Shown here piece after piece: positions 7,812 to 17,417 of a DNA stretch of 64,000 bases. Source of the DNA: Thermoplasmata archaeon (GTDB taxonomy: Archaea > Thermoplasmatota > SW-10-69-26 > JACQPN01 > JAJPHT01); contig JAXDQU010000034.1 of assembly GCA_034667685.1 (NCBI GenBank), positions 103,124-167,123 on the forward strand, in the 5' to 3' direction. Both the position numbers and the translations under genes were made by a program. How positions within the stretch are numbered: the stretch's first letter is position 1; every line of letters starts with the position of its first letter. The notes beneath the pieces are model-generated. The model saw only the letters and a program-made list of their open reading frames with translations, ran no database searches and was not told the DNA's origin.

Positions 7812-9167
7812 CTACGGGGCCGTGATGGTGCCCTGGAGGGGCGTGCTGGTGCCCACACTGGGGCCGCCGACGCCGCCGTGCAGGCCGCACTCGCCGTTGC
7901 CCGCGAGGGGGCCGGTCAGCAGACCGGTGCCCGCGAGGCCGCCGCCCACCGACGAGCTGTCACCGATGACGGGGCAGCCCTTGGTCGACACGAGCGGGGG
8001 GTTCGTGATCAGGCCCGAGGCGCTGGGGCCGAAGACGAAGAAGCTCCACGCGCTGCCATCGAGCACGCCGAAGCAGTCGACGCCGTTGGGGTCGGGGAGG
8101 ACGCTGCCGGAGTGGTCAGCGCCGTCGTTCTGCCACGGGTCGGGGTCCGGCGGGGTCGCCGCGGAGCCGTGGTGGGGGTCCACGTTGCCCGCAAGGGTGG
8201 CAGAGGTGCCCGGGAAGTGGCCCGTCACGCCCTGGCCGCAGTCATAGGGGTCCGTGTCGTAGCTGTCCGACACGACGTTGTTGCCGGTGCAGGCCTGGCC
8301 AGCCGCCCACGCTGCGGGGTCCTGGCCATCGGTGCCGAAGGTGAAGTCCACGGGCAGGCCCAGCGTGTTCGTCTGGATCGTCGCGGTCGCGCCGGTGCCG
8401 CCGTTGTGGTGGCCCACGACGGGGGCCGCGGGGGCGCACGCGCCCTGGCTGGTCTCAGGGAACTGAGCGCCGCCCTGGCCCGTTTCGTTGTCGCCGTCGC
8501 CCGTCGCGCAGCCCGACGTGTCGAACACGTCGGCAACGCCGACGCCGCCGAACTGGGAGTCGATGGTCGCACCGAAGTTACCCGCGACCACGAAGACGTG
8601 GACCGCCTGCTGGGGCTGGTAGTTGGGGCTCGACGTGTCGCACGGCGGCGCCACGTTGACGTTGCAGTACACCCAGAAGTCGGCGCTTCCGCCGCCCGCC
8701 AGGAACGTCTCGTCCGTCGTGCAGGTCCAAGGCGTGGAGCCCGAGCCGGCCTGTTCCGAGCTGACGCCGGGGTCCGAGAAGGGGAGCACCATGGCCTGCG
8801 TGACGGAGAGCCCGGCGCACGCGGACGTGATGGTGAGGATGCCTCCGCCGGCTGCGGCGTGATAGCCGCCCGCGTCGACCTCGTAGCACGTCGTGTCGCT
8901 GGTGAAGCTGCCGGAAGGAACGCACGAGACGCCCGGGTTCGGGGAGGTGAGCAACGAGCCGGCCGAGACCGCGGTGCCCGTGTGGATGTCCACGCACGAG
9001 TACAGCGGAGGCGAGACGAGAAGCTCAGTCCCGAAATTCGAGAAGCGGTGGATCGTGATGTGGCCCGCGGGCGCATTGGGGGCCGCGGCATGCACGGCGC
9101 CTGAGGCGGAAAGCCCGCCGGCGAAGAGAGCGAGCGCGGCGAATGTTACGAGGGTGTGACGAAACAT
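7812..9167 (-). CDS. secreted Gly/Thr/Cys-rich hypothetical protein
   Basis: Signal peptide MFRHTLVTFAALALFAGGLSASGAVHA; many spaced Cys; no recognised domain. Confidence 0.75.
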   Translation of the reverse strand: MFRHTLVTFAALALFAGGLSASGAVHAAAPNAPAGHITIHRFSNFGTELLVSPPLYSCVDIHTGTAVSAGSLLTSPNPGVSCVPSGSFTSDTTCYEVDAGGYHAAAGGGILTITSACAGLSVTQAMVLPFSDPGVSSEQAGSGSTPWTCTTDETFLAGGGSADFWVYCNVNVAPPCDTSSPNYQPQQAVHVFVVAGNFGATIDSQFGGVGVADVFDTSGCATGDGDNETGQGGAQFPETSQGACAPAAPVVGHHNGGTGATATIQTNTLGLPVDFTFGTDGQDPAAWAAGQACTGNNVVSDSYDTDPYDCGQGVTGHFPGTSATLAGNVDPHHGSAATPPDPDPWQNDGADHSGSVLPDPNGVDCFGVLDGSAWSFFVFGPSASGLITNPPLVSTKGCPVIGDSSSVGGGLAGTGLLTGPLAGNGECGLHGGVGGPSVGTSTPLQGTITAP

Positions 9168-9295
9168 GGAGAAAAGGCTCCGCCGCGCCGAATGCTCATC
9201 CAAGGCATCAAGATTGTCGAGGAAAGGTGTGAGGCGAATTGCCACGTGGCGAAGGAACGGAGTCCGCCCGCATTCATCCGGATGTGGGGGGCAAA

Positions 9296-9335
9296 TGTAA
9301 ACGTGGAAAGATGTTTACGTTACAGCGTTGTTACG
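9296..9335. promoter_or_regulatory. AT-rich palindromic operator-like site
   Basis: GTAAAC-N10-GTTTAC followed by further GTTAC copies, upstream of the 7812-9167 gene. Confidence 0.4.
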
Positions 9336-9380
9336 GGAAGCGCTTCTTTTTCATGGGTTGGAGCGTCCCACCTGCCCGGA

Positions 9381-9998
9381 TCACGCGTAGCGCAGCGGCA
9401 CGCCGAGCCCTTCCACGACGCGGCGCGCCCACGCGAGCTTGCGCGCCTTCGTCGCGGCGTCACGCGCCGGCTTCTGCGCGGGATGCGTCCAGTCGAATCC
9501 GACCAGGGTGAGCGACGTGGCGCCCAGGGCAACGGCGAGGCAGGCCGCGCGGTCGCCGTCGGAGAAGCCGCCGAACCCGCGCACGCGGCCGCGCGGCTCG
9601 GCTTGTGTCGTGCCCATCACGGGGCCCGGGAGACGCGGCACGTGGCGGGCGAGCGCGGCGCGGTTGTCGCCGTGCGCGTGGACGACCAGCGGAACGCCCA
9701 CGGCGTTGAGCGCCACCTGCAGGCTGATATCACCGTCGAGGTCCGTGACGACGGCGGTGGGTTGGCGCGGCGGCGGCGCGCGCGGGTCGGCCACGAGCAG
9801 CGGCCCGTCCGGCACGGCGCGTCCGTCCCACGCGCCGCCCAGGATGACGGCCTCGCCGCGCAGCGCGGGCGGGTCCCAGCGCAGGCGGTCGGCGAGCAGC
9901 GCGTCGAGCTCGTCGCGCGCCGCCTCGTCCGCCGCGCGGTCGAAGCCGAAGTCCGCGAGGATCGCCTCGTAGGTGGGGCGCCACGCGGGCCAGTCCAT
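9381..9998 (-). CDS. mptE: 6-hydroxymethyl-7,8-dihydropterin pyrophosphokinase (DUF115)
   Basis: W...Y..I..DFGF, VVTDLDG, VHAHGDN, GTTQ, GGFSDGDRA, KARKLAWA. Confidence 0.88.
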   Translation of the reverse strand: MDWPAWRPTYEAILADFGFDRAADEAARDELDALLADRLRWDPPALRGEAVILGGAWDGRAVPDGPLLVADPRAPPPRQPTAVVTDLDGDISLQVALNAVGVPLVVHAHGDNRAALARHVPRLPGPVMGTTQAEPRGRVRGFGGFSDGDRAACLAVALGATSLTLVGFDWTHPAQKPARDAATKARKLAWARRVVEGLGVPLRYA

Positions 9999-10016
9999 GC
10001 GGGGCCGAGGGCGCGC

Positions 10017-10280
10017 TCAGGAATAGGGCTTGTCGTCGCGCCGCGCGGTGGGCTTGTTGTCCTCGTTCTCGCGGTCCAGCGTGCCCGCGTCCCCCGCCCG
10101 CGCATGGGGCACGCCCGCGCCGCGCAACCCCGCGTTGCTGCCGCGCGAGCCGCTCAACGGGTACGTGTCCGGCACGTTCCCCGGGTTCGCTCCGCGCCCC
10201 AGCGGCGAGGCGCCCTCGCGGTTCTCCACCCCTTCGAGCCTCTCGGGCTCGTCCGGCTTCGGTCGCTTGCGCTCGTCCAT
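10017..10280 (-). CDS. small hydrophilic hypothetical protein
   Basis: 87-aa ATG ORF filling the gap upstream of mptE in the same orientation. Confidence 0.55.
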   Translation of the reverse strand: MDERKRPKPDEPERLEGVENREGASPLGRGANPGNVPDTYPLSGSRGSNAGLRGAGVPHARAGDAGTLDRENEDNKPTARRDDKPYS

Positions 10281-10367
10281 GCGGCGGCTCTCGGCGCGAG
10301 GGGCGAAAGGCGCTTCTCACCCGGGGATCGATGAGGCCGCAGAAGGGGATATCCGCGGGCAGCCCAA

Positions 10368-12206
10368 GTGCGTCCCGTGGACTACGCGCGCCTCTGCGAG
10401 TTCTACGAGCGCCTCGAAGCCACGACCAAGCGCCTGGAGATGACGGACATCCTCGTGGAGCTGGCGCGCGAGGCCGACGGCGACCTGCGCGCGGTCGTGT
10501 ACCTGACGCGCGGCCAGCTCGCGGCGGACTTCGTGGGCCTGGAGCTTGGCGTCGCGGAGAAGCTCGTCATGCGCGCGCTCCACGAGTCGACCGGCGTGCC
10601 CGAGGACGAGCTGACGAAGGCGTACCACAAGGCGGGCGACCTGGGCGACGCCGCGTTCGAGCTGCTCTCGCAGAAGAAGCGCCGCGCGCGGCAGGCCACG
10701 CTCTTCGCCGAGGAGGCGGCCGAGCAGGGCTCGATGCCGGTGGCCGAGGTCTTCGCGCGGCTGCACGACATCGCGGAGTCCTCGGGCTCGGGCTCGCAGG
10801 GCGCGAAGATGGCGCTCCTCCAGAAGCTCCTCGCGCGGTGCAGCCCCCGCGAGGCGCGCTACCTCGTGCGCACCGTGACGGGCAAGCTGCGCCTGGGCAT
10901 CGCGGACATGACGATCCTCGACGCGCTGGCCGCCGCCTTTGCCACCAAGGAATACCGGCCCGACCTGGAGCGCGCGTACAACGTGTGCAGCGATCTCGGC
11001 CTCGTCGCGGACGTCCTGCTCCGCAAGGGGCTCGCGGGCGTCGAGGAGATCCGCGCGCAGGTGGGCGTGCCGATGCGCGCGATGCTCGCCGAGCGCCTGC
11101 CCACGCCCCAGGAGATCCTGGAGAAGCTCGGCGGCGAGGGGCTCTGCGAGCTGAAGTACGACGGCCTCCGGCTCCAGGCGCACATCCCGGCGGCGGGCAA
11201 GGTGCGCTTCTACAGCCGCAGGCTGGAGGACATGACGAAGCAGTTCCCCGACGTGGCCGACTCGCTGCGCCAGGCGTTCTCGGGGCGCGAGGCGATCGTG
11301 GAGGGCGAGGTCGTCGCCATCGACCCGCACACGGGCGACATGCGCCCCTTCCAGGAGGTCGCCAAGCGCCGCGGCCGCAAGAACGTGCAGGAGGTCATCG
11401 ACGAGGTGCCCGTGACGCTCTTCCTGTTCGACTGCCTGCTCCTCGACGGCGAGGACCTCACGCAGCAGCCCCTTCCCGTGCGCCGCGCCGCGCTGGAGCG
11501 CAGCTTCGACCGGAAGGCCACGCGCGACGAGCAGGGCGTCGAGCGCATCCAGTTCAGCCGCGCCAAGCGCGTGGCCTCCGCCGAGGAGGTCATGGCGTTC
11601 TTCGAGCAGTCGGTCGCCGAAGGCGCCGAGGGCATCATGGTCAAGTCGGTGCAGGATGATAGCACCTACAAGGCGGGCTCGCGCGGCTACCAGTGGATCA
11701 AGTTCAAGCGCGAATACAGCAGCGAGCTGCAGGACTCGCTCGACCTCGTCGTCGTGGGCGCCATCGCGGGGCGCGGCCGACGCGCGGGCTGGTACGGCGC
11801 GCTCATCATGGCCTCCTACAACCCCGAGGAGGACGTCTTCGAGTCGATCTGCAAGCTGGGCACCGGCTTCGACGACGCCGCGCTCCAGGCCTTCACCGAC
11901 GAGCTGAAAAGCTATCCACACGAGGGCGGCCCGCACCCGCGCGTGCGCGCCAAGATCGCCGCCGACGCCTGGTTCGCGCCCGTGAAGGTCCTGGAGGTCG
12001 TCGGCGCCGAATTGACGCTCTCGCCTCTGCATACCGCGGGTTGGGGCGCGCTGAAGGAAGGCGCGGGCATCTCGGTGCGCTTCCCCCGGTTCACCGGAAA
12101 AGTGCGCGACGACAAGAAGCCCGAGGAGGCCACGACCGTCGACGAGCTGATCTCCATGTTCAAGCAGCAGGGGCACAAGCCCATCGCGGAAGCGGACGAA
12201 GCGTAG
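10368..12206 (+). CDS. lig: ATP-dependent DNA ligase (start may be GTG 10377)
   Basis: ELKYDGLR motif I, EGEVV, FLFDCL, EGIMVK, WIKFKREY, SVRFPRF..RDDK. Confidence 0.97.
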   Translation: MRPVDYARLCEFYERLEATTKRLEMTDILVELAREADGDLRAVVYLTRGQLAADFVGLELGVAEKLVMRALHESTGVPEDELTKAYHKAGDLGDAAFELLSQKKRRARQATLFAEEAAEQGSMPVAEVFARLHDIAESSGSGSQGAKMALLQKLLARCSPREARYLVRTVTGKLRLGIADMTILDALAAAFATKEYRPDLERAYNVCSDLGLVADVLLRKGLAGVEEIRAQVGVPMRAMLAERLPTPQEILEKLGGEGLCELKYDGLRLQAHIPAAGKVRFYSRRLEDMTKQFPDVADSLRQAFSGREAIVEGEVVAIDPHTGDMRPFQEVAKRRGRKNVQEVIDEVPVTLFLFDCLLLDGEDLTQQPLPVRRAALERSFDRKATRDEQGVERIQFSRAKRVASAEEVMAFFEQSVAEGAEGIMVKSVQDDSTYKAGSRGYQWIKFKREYSSELQDSLDLVVVGAIAGRGRRAGWYGALIMASYNPEEDVFESICKLGTGFDDAALQAFTDELKSYPHEGGPHPRVRAKIAADAWFAPVKVLEVVGAELTLSPLHTAGWGALKEGAGISVRFPRFTGKVRDDKKPEEATTVDELISMFKQQGHKPIAEADEA

Positions 12207-12443
12207 GACGTCCCGGGGGCCCCGGAAAGCAAGGCTTCATGAGGGTTGGGCCTCTCGGCAGTCTCGGAATCGGTACATTTCCGGCAAGGCAGCCCACGAT
12301 CGCCCCTTTTGACGAAGGTCGGTCTGCCCCCGTCCGCGCGCGAATTCCTCCGGCGCTCCGGCGCCCAGGATCGTGCCGGTTGCAGGCGATACGGAACCGC
12401 CCGCCTTCGCGCGGCGCGGCGTCCCGCCCACGAGACAACCACC

Positions 12444-13760
12444 ATGCAACAGCAGAACCAGCCTGAGAGCCAGGCCACCTTCCAGACCTTCGGCTTCCGC
12501 CCGACCACGCTCGCCGCGCTCGCGAAGAAGGGCTACAAGACGCCCACGCCCATCCAGACGCTCGCCATCCCCATCGTCATGCAGGGCGAGGACCTCATCG
12601 CGCAGGCGCAGACCGGCACCGGCAAGACCGCCGCGTTCGGCCTGCCCCTCGTCGAGGACACGCGCCCGCGCGTCCTCCAGACGCTCATCCTCGCGCCCAC
12701 GCGCGAGCTGGCCAACCAGATCGTCGAGGAGCTGACGTGGATGGGCGCCAACACGCCCTTCAAGGCCTACCCCGTGTACGGCGGCGTGGGCTTTGGCAAC
12801 CAGATCAACGCGCTCCGGCGCGGTGATATCACGTGCCTCGTCGCGTGCCCCGGCCGCCTGCTCGACCTGCTCCAGCGCGGCGACGTCCGGCTCGACCACG
12901 TGCGCCACGTGATCCTCGACGAGGCGGACCGCATGCTCGACATGGGCTTCATCCGCGACATCGAGAAGATCTTCAAGTTCCTGCCGCGCGAGCGCCAGAC
13001 GATGCTCTTCAGCGCGACGATGCCTCCCGAGGTGCGCAAGCTCGCCGAGCGCTACCTCAACCGGCCCGAGTTCGTGCGCGCCGAGAGCGGCCCCACGGCG
13101 ACCGAGCTGACCGACCAGTTCGAGATCCGCGTGCAGGGCGACAAGTTCCCCGTGCTCCTCGCGCTCATGAAGAAGGAGGACCCCGTGGCCTCCGTCATCT
13201 TCACGAAGACAAAGCACGGCGCCAAGCGCCTCGCGCGCCGCCTCGCCGCCGTCGGGTACAACACCGACGCGCTCCAGGGCAACCTCTCGCAGAACGCGCG
13301 CGACCGCGTGATGGCGGCGTTCCGCGACGGCAAGCTCGACCACCTCGTGGCCACGGACGTGGCGGCGCGCGGCCTCGACGTGAGCGGCATCAGCCACGTC
13401 ATCAACTACGACTTCCCCATGGTCAACGAGGACTACGTGCACCGCATCGGCCGCACGGGCCGCGCCGGCAAGCGGGGCCGCGCGTTCCTTTTCGTCGATC
13501 GCGAGGAGGAGCGCGACGCGCGCGCCGTCGAGCGGATCTCGGGCGTTCGCCTGGAGCCCTACGACGTCGGGCCGCTCCCCGTCGTCCCGCCCGAGGCGAG
13601 CGCGGGCGCCATGAAGCCGCAGCTCGGGTACAGCCGGGGCCAGCCCCAGCAGCGCCAGGGCGGCGGACAGGGGCAGCCGCGCCACCACAAGCCCGCGGGC
13701 CAGCGCCACGCGCCGCGCTCCGGCGCCCGGTCGCCGCACCCGAACCGCCGGCGTTACTGA
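12444..13760 (+). CDS. DEAD-box RNA helicase with basic disordered C-terminal tail
   Basis: PTPIQ, AQTGTGKT, PTRELA, DEADRM, SAT, ARGLD, HRIGRTGR. Confidence 0.96.
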   Translation: MQQQNQPESQATFQTFGFRPTTLAALAKKGYKTPTPIQTLAIPIVMQGEDLIAQAQTGTGKTAAFGLPLVEDTRPRVLQTLILAPTRELANQIVEELTWMGANTPFKAYPVYGGVGFGNQINALRRGDITCLVACPGRLLDLLQRGDVRLDHVRHVILDEADRMLDMGFIRDIEKIFKFLPRERQTMLFSATMPPEVRKLAERYLNRPEFVRAESGPTATELTDQFEIRVQGDKFPVLLALMKKEDPVASVIFTKTKHGAKRLARRLAAVGYNTDALQGNLSQNARDRVMAAFRDGKLDHLVATDVAARGLDVSGISHVINYDFPMVNEDYVHRIGRTGRAGKRGRAFLFVDREEERDARAVERISGVRLEPYDVGPLPVVPPEASAGAMKPQLGYSRGQPQQRQGGGQGQPRHHKPAGQRHAPRSGARSPHPNRRRY

Positions 13761-13772
13761 GGCGATCTCCAG

Positions 13773-13997
13773 CCTCGTCATGCTGGTCTTGGGCCGCCTC
13801 CGGCGGGGAACAACGGAATCTCCGAATCTCGGAATCTCCGCCTTGTGACCTTGGCGGAAACCCGAGAACCCGAGGACCCGCCGAACCCGAATTCGACGTC
13901 GGGTTCTCGGGTCCGCGGGTTTTCGGGTCTTCACCGGGGTCACGAGGCGGAGAATCCGAGGTTCGGAGATTCCGTCCTTTCCGCGCGGAGCGCGCCC
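13773..13997 (+). repeat. intergenic hairpin element, family A copy 1 (with nested family B insert)
   Basis: CCTCG..GCCGCCTCCGGCGGG left end, GAATCTC(C/G) tandem stem, CGCGCGGAGCGCGCCC right end; related copies at 31851 and 48343. Confidence 0.8.
13845..13943. repeat. GTGACC...GGTCAC-bounded (ACCCG)n hairpin, family B copy 1
   Basis: Related copy in reverse internal orientation at 46571-46675. Confidence 0.75.
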
Positions 13998-14099
13998 CAG
14001 ACACGAGCACCGTCAGCGCCGGGGGCTTCAGCCGTCGTGCGAAAGAGGCGGAGCGCGCGAGGCGACAACCTGGAGCACGGCGCGCCGGACGCCCGACGC

Positions 14100-14246
14100 A
14101 TGGCGTCGAGCCAGTACTCCGAGTCCGCGCGCAAGCAGATCGGCCGCCACGTCAAGAAGCACGAGAAGGAGGGCAAGTCCAAGGGTGGCTCGAAGGCGCA
14201 GCACGCCAAGGCCGGGCGCAAGGGCGGGAAGGCGGCGCACCGCTAG
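14100..14246 (+). CDS. 48-aa basic protein with KGG-type motifs
   Basis: MASSQYSESARKQIGRHVKKHEKEGKSKGGSKAQHAKAGRKGGKAAHR; AGRKGG resembles the stress-induced KGG repeat. Confidence 0.65.
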   Translation: MASSQYSESARKQIGRHVKKHEKEGKSKGGSKAQHAKAGRKGGKAAHR

Positions 14247-15526
14247 CCCGGCGTCAGCACCTCGACGTCCAGGTCGGCGCCCGCGTAGGCCGCGACGAGG
14301 ATGAACGCCGCGCCTTGGGGCACGACGCACGCCTCGTCCGCGCGCGGCGTCGCGCACCCCGGACCGTTGAGGTAGTTCCAGTTGGTCCTGAAATAGATAT
14401 CAATGTCATGCACGAGGCCGTTGGGGTCCGTCGTGCGCGTGGCGATCGGCGTGCCGGCGGGCGGGGCGGGCAGGAAGAAGCCGTCGACGGGGAGCACGTT
14501 GTCGCCGTAGTTGCCCGCGACGAGGAACGGGTAGTACGTGGAGCCGATCTCGGCGATCGTCCACTCGGGGACGTAGGGTCCCCCCGCGACGATGTGGCCG
14601 TGCCCGAGCGCGCGCCAGCCGGTCGTGTCAGGGAAGGGCGTGGTGGGCGCGTTGAAGTCGCGGCGGCTCGCGACCGGCGCGGCGCGCGCGCACGCGTCGC
14701 TCGCCCATTCGCCCGTGGGCTGCGCCACGCAATCCGCCACCGTGCTCTCGACGTCGCCCGCCCCGACGCCCGTGAAGGGCGCGGTGACGAGCGAGACGTC
14801 GAGCCCCGCCGCGCGCAGGTCGGCGAGGATCAGCGGGAGCGTCGGGCCGTTGAGGATCGCCGCGTCGCCGTACGTCGCCGCGACGCCGATGACCGTGCCC
14901 AGCGCCGCGCCGTCCTGCGTGAGCATGGGGCTGCCGCTGTCGCCGCCGAGCACCGCGGCTTCGGCCAGGTACCAGCCTTCGTAGGCGCTGCCGGTCGTGA
15001 GCGAGTCGGCGCCGTTGACGCCCTGGAGCACCGCGAGGCGCGGCCGCAGCGGCGCGGCGCTGGAGACGTACGCGCCGTGGCCGGTGTGCATCAGGAGCGT
15101 GCCCGGCGCGGGCGCCTCCGCGACGCCGGTGGGCCCGCCCCAGTTGCGTACCGCCGGATCGACCTGATCCACCTTGTCCGCGTCGATCAGGTAGAGCGCG
15201 AAGTCCTCCGCCGAGTGGCCATTCGCGCTGGTGAAGCTCTTGTAGACGACCGTGCCGAACGCGCCCAGCGTGGGGGAGGCGACGCGCGCGCCCACCGCGG
15301 GCGAGCAATGCGCCGCGCCGCCAATGTAGAGCGAGGCCGCGTCGCGGAACACGAAGTCCAGCGTGCACCAGTTGTCGCCGTCGACCTGCTGCGCGCCGGG
15401 CTGGATGGGCTTGTACGCGTGCGGCGCGAAGGGAACCGGCGCGGTCGCGGCCGTGGGCCCGGGAAGGCCCAACGACGCCACGAGGAGGACGCAGAAGGCG
15501 AGCAGGGCGGCGCGGGGCACGCGCAT
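14243..15526 (-). CDS. secreted trypsin-like (S1) serine protease
   Basis: Signal peptide, CTLDF, AAHC, DFALY, GDSGSP catalytic triad motifs; extra C-terminal domain. Confidence 0.82.
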   Translation of the reverse strand: MRVPRAALLAFCVLLVASLGLPGPTAATAPVPFAPHAYKPIQPGAQQVDGDNWCTLDFVFRDAASLYIGGAAHCSPAVGARVASPTLGAFGTVVYKSFTSANGHSAEDFALYLIDADKVDQVDPAVRNWGGPTGVAEAPAPGTLLMHTGHGAYVSSAAPLRPRLAVLQGVNGADSLTTGSAYEGWYLAEAAVLGGDSGSPMLTQDGAALGTVIGVAATYGDAAILNGPTLPLILADLRAAGLDVSLVTAPFTGVGAGDVESTVADCVAQPTGEWASDACARAAPVASRRDFNAPTTPFPDTTGWRALGHGHIVAGGPYVPEWTIAEIGSTYYPFLVAGNYGDNVLPVDGFFLPAPPAGTPIATRTTDPNGLVHDIDIYFRTNWNYLNGPGCATPRADEACVVPQGAAFILVAAYAGADLDVEVLTPG

Positions 15527-15619
15527 CCGAGCGCGGCCGCCAGGATAGCCTTTCCCGGTGATGCGTGTGCGCGTCGGCGCCGAAGCCCTCAAGTGCGGCC
15601 GCCGCCTCGCCGCGCCATC

Positions 15620-17323
15620 ATGAGCGACGACTTCGAGACGACGGTCCGCGCGCTCGCGCGCAAGTACGCGCTGGAGAACGCCGTCAAGTTCGGCGGCAAG
15701 GCGACGCCGGGCGCCGTCGTGGGCAAGGTCATGGGCGAGGCGCCCGCTGATATCAAAGCGCGCGGCAAGGAGATGCAGCCTCTCATCGCCGCGGTCGTCG
15801 CCGAGGTCAACGTCATGGACGCCGAGGCGCAGAAGGCCGCCTTCGCCGCCGTCGAATCCACCCTCGTGAAGCGCGAGAAGGTGGAGCGCGAAGGCCCGCT
15901 GAAGCCCTTGCCCAACGCGACGAAGGGCAAGGTCGTGCTGCGCCTGGCGCCGAACCCCTCGGGGCCGCCGCACTTCGGCCACGGCCGCGGGATGGTCATC
16001 ACCCAGGAATACAAGCGCATGTACGACGGGACGTTCATCCTGCGCTTCGACGACACGGACACCACCGTGAAGCCGCCCTGGCCGCCGGCGTACGACATGT
16101 TCCCCGAGACGGTCGAGTGGCTCTGCGGCGCGCGGCCCGATCGCATCATCTTCGCCTCCGACCGCATCGAGCGCCACTACGAGGTCGCGCGCGAGGCGCT
16201 TTCCAAAGGCGCGCTCTACGTCTGCGAGTGCGAGGGGGACGCGTTCCGCGCGTTCAAGGAGAGGTCCGAGGACTGCCCGCACCGCGGCCAGAGCGCCGAG
16301 GAGAACCTGCGCAAGTGGGACGACATGCTCGCGGGCAAGTACCGGCGCGGCACCGTCGCCGTGCGCGTGAAGACGAGCATGCAGGACAAGGACCCCGCGC
16401 TGCGCGACTGGGTGGCGTTCCGCATCGCCGAGGAGCCGCACCCGCGCGTGGGCGACCGCTACAAGGTCTGGCCGCTGCTCGACTTCCAGAGCGCGGTGGA
16501 CGACCACGACGAGAAGGTCACGCACATCATCCGCGGCAAGGACCTCCGCGACAGCACCGCCAAGCAGGAGTTCCTCTATGCGCACCTGGGCTGGACGTAC
16601 CCCGAGACGATGTACTGGGGGCGCGTGAGCGTCCACGAGTTCGGCAAGTTCAGCAAGAGCATCCTCCAGGAAGCCATCAAGAAGGGCGAGTACACGGGCT
16701 GGGACGACCCGCGCCTGCCCACGTTCCCCGCGCTGCGCCGCCGCGGCTTCACGCCCGAGGGCATCCGCAGCTTCTGGCTATCCTTCGGCATCAGCGAGAA
16801 GGACGTCGCGGCCAGCCAGGTCACGCTCGAAGCCGAGAACAAGAAGGTCCTGGAGCCGGTCGTCAACCGCTACTTCTTCGTCCCGAACCCGCGCGCGCTC
16901 AGCGTCGCGGGCACCGGCGCCCTGGACGCGCACCCGCCGCTCCACCCGGACCACCCCGAGCGCGGCGCGCGGCGCATCCACCTCGCCAGCCCTGTTCACG
17001 TGCGTGTCGCGGCCGAGGACCTGCGCGAGGGCCCGCTGCGCCTCAAGGACCTCTGCAACGTGCGCGTCGAAGCAGGCGCGGCGACGTTCGAGGGAAACGA
17101 CCTCGCGTGGGCCCGGCAGCACAAGGCGCCCATCGTGCAGTGGGTCGGCCCCGACGCCGTCCCCGCGCGCCTCGTCACGCCCGACGCGACCGTCGTCACC
17201 GGCCTCGCCGAGCCGGCGCTCGCCCGCGAGCCGGTGGGCACGATCGTGCAGCTGGAGCGCGTGGGATTCGCGCGCGTGGACGCGCACGAGCCCGAGCTCA
17301 CCCTCTATTTCGCGCACCGGTAG
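15620..17323 (+). CDS. gltX: glutamyl-tRNA synthetase (archaeal type)
   Basis: YALENA..FGGKA, RLAPNPSGPPHFGH, RFDDTD, THIIRGKD, GWDDPRLPT, QLERVGFARVD. Confidence 0.97.
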   Translation: MSDDFETTVRALARKYALENAVKFGGKATPGAVVGKVMGEAPADIKARGKEMQPLIAAVVAEVNVMDAEAQKAAFAAVESTLVKREKVEREGPLKPLPNATKGKVVLRLAPNPSGPPHFGHGRGMVITQEYKRMYDGTFILRFDDTDTTVKPPWPPAYDMFPETVEWLCGARPDRIIFASDRIERHYEVAREALSKGALYVCECEGDAFRAFKERSEDCPHRGQSAEENLRKWDDMLAGKYRRGTVAVRVKTSMQDKDPALRDWVAFRIAEEPHPRVGDRYKVWPLLDFQSAVDDHDEKVTHIIRGKDLRDSTAKQEFLYAHLGWTYPETMYWGRVSVHEFGKFSKSILQEAIKKGEYTGWDDPRLPTFPALRRRGFTPEGIRSFWLSFGISEKDVAASQVTLEAENKKVLEPVVNRYFFVPNPRALSVAGTGALDAHPPLHPDHPERGARRIHLASPVHVRVAAEDLREGPLRLKDLCNVRVEAGAATFEGNDLAWARQHKAPIVQWVGPDAVPARLVTPDATVVTGLAEPALAREPVGTIVQLERVGFARVDAHEPELTLYFAHR

Positions 17324-17417
17324 GGCCACGCCCCACGCGGGCCGGCAAGGCGCCCTCCGTTGCACGAGGATACCACAAGGGCTTTAGGACGTTCGAAAGT
17401 CGTCAAACGCGACATCC

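Noticed and set aside
13813-13975. Tandem short repeats as a possible CRISPR array (also 31890-31975)
   Set aside because: Units are 6-9 bp with no unique spacers, and there are no cas genes in the window.
15950-15985. GluRS HFGH instead of HIGH
   Set aside because: Within normal variation of the class I signature.
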